Origin: the human T2T-CHM13v2.0 reference genome, Homo sapiens
Direction: 5' to 3' (one strand)
Length of the DNA stretch: 64,000 bases
Assembly: GCF_009914755.1 (NCBI RefSeq)
Contig: NC_060935.1
In this document: in pieces, positions 53,122 to 64,000 of the stretch
Position numbering within the stretch: the first letter of the stretch is position 1
Layout of the letters: each line of letters begins with the position of its first letter
Translations under genes and position numbers: made by a program
The notes under the pieces: model-generated
Database searches by the model: none
Told to the model about the DNA's origin: nothing
What the model saw: only the letters and a program-made list of their open reading frames with translations

Positions 53122-53497
53122 TGATGATTTGGCTGTTTCCCCACCCAAATCTCATCTTGAAGTTTAGTCCCCATAATCCCCACATGTCATGAGAGGGACC
53201 AAGTGGAGATAGTTGAATCATGGAGGTGGTTTCCCCCATCCTGTTCTCACAATAGCTAGGTAGTTCTCACGAGATCTGATGGTTTTATAAGGGGCTTCTG
53301 CCTTCGCTGGGCACTTATTCTTGTGTCTCCTGCCACCATGTGAAGAAGGACGTGCTTGCTTCCCCTTTTGCCATTATTGTAAGTTTCCTGAGGCCACTCC
53401 AGCCATGCTGAACTGTAAGTCAATTAAACCTCTTTCCTTTATAAATTACCCAGTCTCAGATATGTCTTTATTAGCAATGTGAAAACAGACTAATACA
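53122..53497 (+). mobile_element. THE1D-like solo LTR
   Basis: ccccacccaaatctcatcttgaa...gtaagtttcctgaggcc...cagactaataca; TSD atagg/ataga. Confidence 0.9.
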
Positions 53498-53669
53498 ATA
53501 GATAATTAAGTAAACTACACCGTATATACATATATTATATACGTGTGTGTGTGCATATATACATATATATAATTAAAAAGTATTGACTATTCTAGAAAAA
53601 ATAAGGCAGGAAAAAAGGAGACTGGGATAATGAGGTGGGGTTGTATTTATCAATAACCTTTAAATATGA

Positions 53670-53960
<291 letters not shown>

Positions 53961-55194
53961 TAGACGTTGATTAAACTTAGCTATTCCAACCAATCTGGGT
54001 AGAAAAAACCTTCACAAAATATGACAAATAATTATTGTCACATAGGGACACATTTTCTAAAGTATTAATAGTATATTACAGTGATGTAAATTTTTTACAG
54101 TTTTAAGAACTATTTAGAAAAACTATAAGAGGGGTGCAAGGGAAGTCTGCCCTTGCAAGCAGCATAACTAACTGTGCAAGTGTGCTTTTGTGTGTATAAA
54201 AATACTTAAATATACACACATCCATCCATCAATAGACTTACATATACACACATATGCCAATACACATTATGTACATACATAATACATAAATGAAAACATG
54301 CATATAAACAAAAAATGTATTTTATTAATATAAATATTTGTTTTATGTAGATATTTATTTAATAATGATTAATTAATAACATCTGTAATTTCCAAAGTAT
54401 GAGAGAAAGATGTCTTTAAAGTGAGTAGGGCAGTTTCACCTGAAGTTATTTAGACTAGATAAAACTGCAATGCAAAAAAGCAAAAAGTGATTTACTCTGA
54501 AATTCACTAAATGGTATCTTTATGGCCTTCAGAATTTCAATAATAGGCTTCTTCCTCAAATAGAAAAACCTCAATTTAAAAGAATTCTCCTCTGGGTAAC
54601 ATTTACCTTTCTTAGGCAGAATAGAAAGTGTCAATGACAAAATGGTATAAATACAGTTTCAAAGAATATAGTCTACCATCACAGCCTGTTTGAAAAATCA
54701 TTATTTAAAAGGGAGAAAAAAAGGCAGTAACATTAATGATCAAAAAGCAAGGCTGGTGCTTGTCCTTTGGTTTGGTCCTTCTTTGTCCTTTGGTTTTCTT
54801 CTGATTGTAGCCTCTTCACTTGCATCAAAACACATGATCACAAGCTTTTGCTTACTCCAAGTGCAGAGCTGCTTATTCATATGGCTTTGGAAAAAATAGT
54901 AATACAAGCCTACATCTCCTTTCACCAATGCCAAGGGTCTTTAACGCAAAGCTTAGAAAGCTTCGCTCATTGACATCAAACCAGTTAGGAATATTTATTT
55001 CAATGAATAGGGCCACAGTTGTTAGAAATGACCTTCATATTTCAAAAATTCAAATGACAGAAGATAAGAAGAGAGTTAAGCTGTGAGTAGTGGTAGAATT
55101 GGAAATGGCATATCCCTCCTTTCTCTGCCTCAGTCCATGAGTATTTCAAAAGGCAATAATCATTTTGATGTTCAAACAAAAAGCTTGAGACCAT

Positions 55195-55388
55195 TCTCTC
55201 TCTGTCTCTCTTTCTCTCTCTGTCCTCTCTCTCTCTCTCTCTGAACAGGGTCTTTCTCTGTCCCCCAAATTGGAGTGCAGTGGCATAGTCATAACTCACT
55301 CAGTCTTGAACTACTGGGCTTAGGCTATCCTCCAGCCTACGCTTTCCAAAGTGTTGGAATTACAGGCATGATACGCTGCACCCAGCCA
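55195..55388 (-). mobile_element. FRAM/FLAM Alu monomer with (CT)n tail
   Basis: cagggtctttctctgtc...ggagtgcagtggcatagtcataactcact...ccaaagtgttggaattacaggcatg. Confidence 0.8.
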
Positions 55389-55429
55389 AGAAAGTGTTCT
55401 CAATGAGGTCATCAATATTTTGTCACTTT

Positions 55430-56560
55430 TCTTTCTAATGATTTGTTTTATTGTCCCTTTTGTATGTTAATTAATATTTATAATTTTTAATCATTCTAAA
55501 ATAAATTGATTTCTGTAGTTTGTTGAGCATTTGTGTTTCTCCTGTGAAATTTCTGCTCATATATTTTTCTCACATTTTTCACTAGGTTGTTTGTCTTTTC
55601 TTATTGATTTATAAGACTGCTTTTATATTGATGTGTTTCTGATTACATGTTTTGCAAATATTCTCTACCAATTACTGGCTTGTGTTTTCACTTTTATAAA
55701 GGAGCATTTTTTTCAACAACCTTAGCCCTTAGCTTTAATGAGGTTAAATTTATTTGTTTGTCTTACGTTTAGTGTTTTTGCTGTTTTTGTTATTGTTACT
55801 GTTTAAATAGTAGCTACACCTATGCTTATTAAAAATCAGGGAATTCAAAAGACAATCAAAAGAGATGTTATTTAACATTAATTCAGTTGATGCAAATTAA
55901 GAATTTTTATAATAAGTGTTGAATCAGATATGGACTATGTGTATCTCCTATATATTGATACTGGACATGTTAATTTGTGTAACTCATTTGGAAAATATTT
56001 TAACATAATCTTGTAAAGAGTTGTAATTTGTGTACCTTAGGAAATAGAAATTACTTTCCCAGAAAACACCTAAAAGAAACTATTAGCCATGGTTTCTAGG
56101 ATGTACATACATGAATATCCATAGAAACATTATCTATAATAACAAAAATGAATGTCACCAAAATGCTCATTGTTATAAGGATGAGCAAGTACATAGTAGT
56201 TTGACTAACAATAGATTATTATACTACAATGAAAATATGCAATAACATGATTGATTCTTACATAATATTGTGCGCCAAAAAATTTAAAAACTACCCATAG
56301 TATAATAACTTTTGCATCAGCTAGGAAAACTTAGAGTCAAACATACATAAACTGTATATTTGTAATAAAGTCATATTATTATAAAATCGGTGCGATATGC
56401 AATATAAAATTCCAAAGAATGGTGGTCTGGGTCTAGAATGTTGAAGCTAGAGGCAAAATATTAAGTTAGAGGAGAAGCACATAAACAGATGAAATAATTG
56501 AATGCTATTCTATTTCTTTAGTAAGTATCAGGCACTTTTGTATGCACTATATTTTATAAC
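55430..56560. mobile_element. Old L1ME fragments (antisense ~55430-55790, sense ~55810-56560)
   Basis: gttgagcatttg...ttgtttgtcttttcttattgattt; agaaattactttccc...gaaacattatctataataac. Confidence 0.55.
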
Positions 56561-58460
56561 AAATTTATAAATAATATGGGTCATGTTGAGGCCAAATATA
56601 ACACTGAGTGATGAACCCAAGTAGAATGAAAAAGCAAAACTGATACCCAAAGAGAAACTAATATACATATATTTTAATGAATAGCATAAAATAACATGTA
56701 AAATATCTCACTTATTTTGCCCTTCTGGCACCACTCCCTGGAGATATGCCACTATTAACAATCCATCCAGAAATGTTTAATATATAAACATATATGTCAT
56801 CAAATAGCATGCCATATCATATTATATTTCAGCATTCCAGAGAATATTTGAATAACTTAAAGATGAAAACCTTGCAACTTAGAGTGTATCCATTCCCTTT
56901 AAATCTCTATCTCTCTATCACCATCTCAATCTCAATCTGTACATGAGAGAGAGATAAAGAGAGAGAGAGAGAGAAGCAGAATGTGGGAACTGGGGGAGAG
57001 GAAGAGAGGGCTGGGGGGAGAGAGAAAGGGAGTGAGAATGAATGTGGAGAACATTTTATATACTCAAAAGATTTACATTTGCCTCACCTCACTACTGTGT
57101 TCTTCAGGAAACCCAGTCTATTGAAACATTCTGGTCACTGTCCCAGAAATTCCAAGCAGCTATACACTTCATGAGAGAAAACTTAGAGAAACCACGTGAA
57201 TATATTCTAATATTTCTGTATATGTTTATGGAAAATGTGATTCCAGTATATTTAAAAATTGTGTTTATATGTTTATATAGGTATTGATAAATACAATTAC
57301 AGATATAGGTAAAGATATATATATATATATATAGATATATATATGCATAATAGAGAGTTAGATGAAAGGATACACTCCAAAATGTTAACTGTAATAACAT
57401 CTAAGTATATAATAGGATTGTGAAAAATTTATCTTTTCTATCATGCTCTATATCTTTAATATTGTCTCTAATTAGTGTGCATTAAGTTTATAATAACAAT
57501 AGATATCATTATTACTTTAAAAATTCATTCTTATGAGCAATCAAATATATTAAAGAGTACTGTGTTTTATGTATCAAATTAGCAAACATTAATACCCCCA
57601 GCTGTAAAAGACACTGAAAAATCCAATATTCATTTATTGCTAATGGCTGCATTAACTGGCCCAATTAAAAGGGAAGAAAATCAAAAATTCATATCCTTTG
57701 GTCCTGCGTATCAATTTTCGGCAGGCAATCCCCCTGCCTCCAAATAATAAAATATAGAATAATCAAAAGGAAAGAAAAAATAATCTGCATATACAAACTT
57801 TTCATTATGAGTCATAAACTGCAAGATATATTATGTTTGTATTAGAAAGCAAATATTTAGTATAAGATACCTATGTAATAGATTGTATAATCATTAAAAA
57901 AGGTAATGAAGCCATTAATAGTTTAAAAAGCTTTTAAGTGCTAAGAGCAGAATGCATCTTTGAAGTTACATGATTGCTTATGTAAAAATGTGTAAGGAGG
58001 ATACAATCAGATTGGGCACAATCCTTATGGTCAAGGGTTTAAAATCTAATTTGGTTGGCAATAAATGAAATACAGAAGTTTCTCAAATTTACATTTTGTT
58101 TTTTTGTATGCCAGATTGGAAAACAAGACTTTTGACATTTACGTCATGACTGAATATAAACACAATTTTCTGGCTTTTTGAAACCAAATGAAAGTCCTTC
58201 AAAAATTAATTCACGCAAATTGAAATAATAACAAAATTTTAGTTACATAGCTGAATCAATTCTGTCCCTCCAGATTAAATAAATAAGTAAAATAAAATAA
58301 AATAAATAAGGGGAGAAATAATGCTAAGTTCAGTAATTTGTTCTTCAAGGAAATAACACAGCTCAAATATAAAGACATACTTACTATTTATTATTGCCTG
58401 TCTTTGGGCAAGTTATACAACTGTCCCATCCTCAGTTTTGCCATTGTGTGCATTTACATT

Positions 58461-58500
58461 TGTGTATGTGTGTATGTGTGCATGTATATGTGTGTATGTA

Positions 58501-58533
<33 letters not shown>
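58461..58533. repeat. (TGTA/TG)n(GA)n microsatellite inside a MIR remnant
   Basis: Seen directly; flank ctttgggcaagttatac...cctcagtttt is MIR-like. Confidence 0.85.
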
Positions 58534-59423
58534 CGATCTTAGGGGAGAGACAGATTAAATTAGATTACCCATATAAAGTTCTGGTGTTGGCACAGAATAA
58601 GTGCTAAAAAAAATTGATGTCATATCCATTTGTCAGCAATGTAAAAACGACTTCTGGAAAAGGTGTTTTAAAAATATATGAGCTAGAATTTGAACATAAA
58701 TAGATTATTAACCTAAATAACAAAATTAATCATGAATGAGAATTTTTTCATTTTCCAAAGTTATAATATACTTAAAGTCACTGATTTGCCTCCCATGTCG
58801 GTATGACAAGCTTTTGCATTGTAAATGTGTCCAGCGTTAGTCTTTAAAGGAAGAATAAAAAGTCCAAAAACAAAAAACATATGAAGACCCACACCATATT
58901 TTTCTTCTCTTAATCTTGTTTTCCTTTATTCAATTTGCATGTCGGTTTATTTGGCTAGAACTTCTCAAAACAACACACTGTTTGCTTTTTTCTTCAAAGC
59001 GATGTTTCTTCCTTCATTCCAAATTAAAGCAATCTAAATATTAAAATGAAAATCCTGTTACATAAATTCAAAAAATCCATTCTATACTTACTGAAAAAAT
59101 ATCACAAAACTCTGCAGGATGTATTTTAAAAAAAAAGCCTGAACTTTTGGAGTCAAATTTTAAAATATAACTTCACAAAGGCATTTTAACAATTTTCAAT
59201 ATGATAAGGACTCCTCTCAAAAAATGGTATACACTAAATTTTCATAATTATTTTAAGTTTATTTTCCAATTAGAAAACTGATAATTCCATTATCTGATTT
59301 ATCAGCAATCTTTTAGTCTTTTGTTTATGCATCCAATAAATTTGGAGGAATTGTGGGTTGGTTGATTATAATCACTGGTAATACATCGGTATCAATAAAA
59401 TAGAATCCGTACTACGTCACATT

Positions 59424-59948
59424 TGTATCAGTTTTTTATTGCTGCTTTACCAAATTACCAGACATTTAGTGGTTTACACTAGACACAATTTAAAATACAA
59501 AAATTTTAAAATTTAAAAACATAAAGCTCTTGTGGTTCTGGAGATCAGAAGTCTAAACTCAAGACTTCTGAATTCTTCCAAAATTTTCTTCCAGAATTTT
59601 CATAGGATAATCCATTTCCTTACCTTTTTCAGCTTCTGGAGATTGCCTTCATTCCTTGGTTCAGGGCCCCTTACTTGAGTTAGTGACAGAATGGAGGCTC
59701 TTGCTTCTTTCATCACATCTCATCACATCTTTGGCTTCTGACACTTATCTTTTCCTCTCTATTTTATAAAGACACCTGTAATTACATTGGGCCCACTTAG
59801 ATAATTAAGAATAATCCCTCCTTTATCAAGATCCTTTACTTAATCACATATGTGAAGTCATTTTTATCATATAAAGCCATATATTCACAGGTTTTTGGTG
59901 GGGATTTGGATGTAGACATCTTTGGGCAGCCATTATTTGGTCAACCAC
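59424..59948 (-). mobile_element. MLT1C/D-like LTR
   Basis: tgtatcagttttttattgctgctttaccaaattacc...ttacattgggcccacttagataat...ccattatttggtcaaccaca. Confidence 0.85.
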
Positions 59949-60064
59949 AGAAATTATTATCAAGGATTACTTTTGAAAACCTGCAAAATTCCATTTCCTG
60001 AAGTATTTGAGCTTTAACAAAGTGGAAAATAAAAAGCAGGTGATTATAATGTAGTATCTTATGA

Positions 60065-60305
60065 CTGGTAGAATGTTGAGAAATAGAAATTCTGTGGTTA
60101 CACAGATATAGATTGAATTTGAGTTTTAACATTTTCTAATTGTGGGAAGTTAGGAAATTTCCTTCACCTCTTTCTAAGCCTTAGTTTCCTCATGTGTAAA
60201 ATAGGGATAATAAGAGTACCTACTTTGGAGGCCTGCACAAAGGAACTCATGCATAGGAGGGTAAACAAAATTTCTGATAAGTACTAAAAGTTCAATAAAG
60301 TTTTC
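60065..60305 (+). mobile_element. MIR
   Basis: tctaagccttagtttcctcatgtgtaaaatagggataataagagtacctac. Confidence 0.75.
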
Positions 60306-60631
60306 TTATCGCCTTCATTAATATAATTATTACATTGGGGAAATATAGTCCAATATAAATGGACAGAACATGGATATATCAAAGATTGTGTCATGAAATA
60401 ATACTTTATGGAAACAGTAAATCTGAAATGGATAATTAGACACCCAGTTTTCCTCCATATATATCCACATAAAGAATTTGAATATCATCTTGGAAGGAAA
60501 AACAGATTCTTGAGGAAATAGAACGGAGGCGGAAGAAATGAGAGAAGGAAAAAAGGAAAAGAAGAGAATAGAAAACAAGAGAAAAGTAAAAGAAAGAGAA
60601 GAGATGTACCTTAGATGCTTGGCAGTTGCTC

Positions 60632-61715
60632 TATAAGGCAGACTGAATTATTGTCCCTATTATTTTCCCTATAAGTCTATCTGCATTGTCGTAAAGGAAT
60701 AGCTGAAATTGGCAATTTATAAAGCAAAGAGGTTTATTTGGCTCATGTTTCCTCAGTGTGTACATGAAGCACAGTGCCACTGTGCCACAGTGTGTACATG
60801 AAGCAAAGTGCCACCACTGCTTCTAGTGCTCCCTCAGCAAGTTTACAATCATGGTGACAAGCAAAGGGCAGCCTCTTTCTGTCACATGTCAAGAGAGGGA
60901 GCAAAAGAGAAAGGGAGGAGTTTCCAGCCTTTTTTAAACAACCAGATCTCATGCGAACTCACAGAGTGAGAATTCTTTCATTATCACGAGGACAGTATCA
61001 AGACGTTCATGAGGGTCCTGCCCCCATGACCTAAACACCTCCCACTAGGCCCACCGTTTACGTTGGAGGTCACATTTCAACATGAGATTTGGAGGGGACT
61101 AAACGTTTGAACTGTATCAATGGTCCTTTTTTTGTTTTGTTTTGTTTTGTTTTTCTTTTCTTCTTCATTTTTTTAGCCATTTCTGTATCCATCTGTGTCC
61201 ATGTTCTTTTTCATGTTACTGCTGCCCCTCCTCAAGAGGCTGAGTATACTACCCTGTCCCTATGGTGTGAGCTCAGTGAGGTGAGTTGCTTCACCCAGTG
61301 GAAGCTGGTAGTGAAACATTCCATGCCATTGCCTTAATAAACAACATGTATATATATGTTGTTTATCAAGACAATATATGTATATATATGTTTATTAAGG
61401 CAATATATATATGTTGTTTATTAAGGCCAAGACATAGAAAAAATATATATATAGTACATATATACATAAATATTTTATATATATATATATATATTTTTTT
61501 TTTAGTTGCCCACTTTTGCCTCTGTCATTGCCCTGAGAAGAACATGCCCCAGATAGGCTGTTGATCCAAGAAGGATGGGAAACACATGCAGTATTCACAG
61601 AAACAGTCTGCAGCTTACAGCCATTTAGCTGAGCCCACTCTAAGCTGAATAGATGCCTATTATGTATCCCACTGAGCTATGTTGGTTGATTGCTACCCAG
61701 CAAAGCAACTAAAGA
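60632..61715 (+). mobile_element. MLT1H/I-like LTR interrupted by MSTB and an AT-rich palindromic expansion
   Basis: cctcctcaagaggctgagtatact...ctgtcattgccctgagaagaacatgcccc...ccactgagctatgttggttgattgctac. Confidence 0.7.
60669..61119 (-). mobile_element. MSTB-like LTR
   Basis: aaagaggtttatttggctcatg...aaacacctcccactaggccc...ggtcacatttcaacatgagatttggagggg; internal 27-bp duplication at 60753-60814. Confidence 0.85.
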
Positions 61716-62254
61716 TGCTCTCCTTATATTCACAGTAAACCACTTACCTCTTATTTGCCTGAAGCCCATATGAGTATGTTTTGGTCAGGAGAATTACAGC
61801 ATACTGCCTATTTCTATTCTGTTTTATTAAGGAATCAATTCTGCCCACTTTCCTCTGTGATGCACTTTAATTAATAAGTTTATAAGTATTGTAAAACAGA
61901 GCTATCACAGAATGAAAGAATTGCAATGATTAAAGTTGACTCTACTCTTTATTAACATTACAAAACTGGTAGATACTAATTACATGTCATAAACAAGTAG
62001 TTAAAGGGAACATTGCTTTTCAGCAGAGAAGAATGAGAAATTTAAGCCTCAAAACTAAAATAGAACACATTTAGCCCTCTACTAAACAGAACATGCCCTT
62101 AATCATGATAATTTCCAGTGAACACTTTTAGGATGGGTGAGTACAGCTTTAGGACAATAAACAGTGGCTAACTAGGCACCTGGTGATTCACACTGATTCA
62201 CAGACTTAAATTGATATGTGCAGGTTAAAATTAAGTTGTCCCACCTTGACTAGC

Positions 62255-64000
62255 TCAAGCCATCTTGAGCAAAAAGAAAAAAACCTGGCTAGCATCACAC
62301 AATTTGATTTCAAAATCCACTACAAAGCAATAGTAATGGAAACAGCATGGTACTGGCATAGATAACAAACACATAAACCAATAGAACAGAATACGGAGCC
62401 CCCATATAAATCCACAATCAACTGATCTTCATCAAAGTTGCCAAGAACACACAAAGAGAAAAGGACAGTCTCTTCAATAAATGGTGTTGAAAAAACATGT
62501 GGAGAAGAATGAAATTAGACCCTTATCTCACTCTATACACATGAAAAAAAACTTACTTAAAAGGGTTAAAGACTTAAATATAAGACCTTAAACTATAAAA
62601 ATACTAAAAGAAAACACAGGGGAAAACACAATGATATCACTTTAGGCAATAATTTTCTGACTATATCCCCCAAAACACAGACAACAGAAGCAAAAAATAG
62701 ACAAATGGGATTGTATCCAATGACCAAGCTCTGCATAGCAAAAGAATCAGAGTAAAGAGGCAAGCTATAGAATGAGAGAAAATATTTGCAAACCATGTAT
62801 CTGAAAATGGGTTAATATCATAAATATACAAGGAATTTAACTAAATAGCATGAAAACAAATAACTTGATTTAAAAATGGGCAAAGAAACTTAATAGATTT
62901 TTTTAAAGAAGACATACACATGGTCAACAGATATATTTTTGAAAGTTCAATGTCATTAATCATCAGAGAAACACAAATAAAAACCACAATGAGATATCAC
63001 CTCACACCTGTTATAGTGGCTATTATTTAAAGGGGTGAATGTCTGGACATGGTGGCCCAGGCCTGTAATCCCAGCTACTCCAGAGGCTGAAGCAGGAGAA
63101 TAGCTTGAACCTGGGAGGCAGAGGTTGCAGTAAGCCGAGATCACACCACTGCACAGCACTGCACTTCAGCCTGGATGACAGAGTTAGACCCTGTCTAAAA
63201 AAAGAAAAGAAAGACAAAAAAAGAATGAAAGATAACAAGAGTTGGCGAGGATATGGAGAAAAGGAAACTCATTGTTGGTGACAGTATAAATTACTACAGC
63301 CATTATGTAAAACAGTATAAAGTTTCTTAAAAAATTAGTGATAAAATTATCCTATGATCCAGCTATTCCACTTCTGGGTATTACCAAAATACCCAGAAAT
63401 GTTGGTCAAAGGATACAAAAGATTTGACATTAGTGTGTTGAAAAGATATCTGCACTCCTATGTTCACTGAAGCATTATTTTCACTAGCCAAGCTATGGAC
63501 TCAACTTCATTGCTCATCAGTGAATGAATGAAAAAAGAAAATGTGGTACGTGCAAAATGAACTACTTAGTCAGATACAACAACAACAATAACAACAAAGC
63601 TGTCATTTCTGACAACATGGATGTACCTGGAGGATATTATGCTGAGTAAAATAAACCACACATAGAAAGACAAATACTGCCTGATCTCACTTATATAGGA
63701 AATCTAAAGTAGTCAAATTCATAAAAAAAGAGGGTAGAATAGTGGTTACCTAGGGGCCAGGACCATTGGGAGGTCCTGGAATAGAGGCAGCTTGGAAAAA
63801 AATGTTGGTCAAAGGATAAAAGCTTTCAGTTAAAGAGAAAGAATAAATTCAACAGCTTAATTGTATAATTAATTAGTGAATATAATTAATAATGGTGTAT
63901 TATATACTTGAAAATTGCTGAGTGTAGGTTTTAAGTGTTCTCACCACAAAAAAAGATAATCATTTGAGGCAATGCATATGTTAATTGCTTGATTTAGCCA
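62255..64000 (+). mobile_element. L1MA-family 3' region running off the window end
   Basis: ctacaaagcaatagtaatggaaacagcatggtactggcat...aaattgctgagtgtaggttttaagtgttctcaccacaaaa. Confidence 0.9.
63041..63225 (+). mobile_element. Alu right-arm fragment inside L1MA
   Basis: gcctgtaatcccagctactc...gaggttgcagtaagccgagatc...A-rich tail. Confidence 0.85.

Noticed and set aside
54760-54797. Repeated ttgtcctttggttt motif
   Set aside because: A short low-complexity duplication with no supporting evidence of function.

Overview
This is AT-rich, repeat-dense human genomic DNA, either a gene desert or a large intron. It is human because it carries an AluYb8 with its diagnostic 7-bp duplication. I recognise no cellular protein-coding exon, RNA gene or CpG island, and the recognisable ORFs in the track are TE-derived (MaLR internal ORF, L1 ORF2 pieces, Alu read-through). 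Well over half of the window is layered transposon sequence: MIR/L2, Tigger/MER DNA transposons, many MaLR and ERVL LTRs (including a complete MSTA LTR-int-LTR), old L1M elements and four young L1PA fragments. I found no evidence for a new biological system. The notable observations are: (1) a TSD-flanked, polyadenylated ~260-bp mRNA 3'UTR retrocopy hidden in an L1MA, recognised from memory as CAPRIN1; (2) a very young 5'-truncated AluYb8 with a pure A53 tail; (3) a twin-primed L1PA3 missing ~2.5 kb that leaves divergent open endonuclease and C-terminal ORFs; (4) a four-level nested insertion; (5) at least five locally templated direct or inverted insertions. Repeat subfamily names come from recalled consensus sequences. 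Boundaries of old repeats are approximate.
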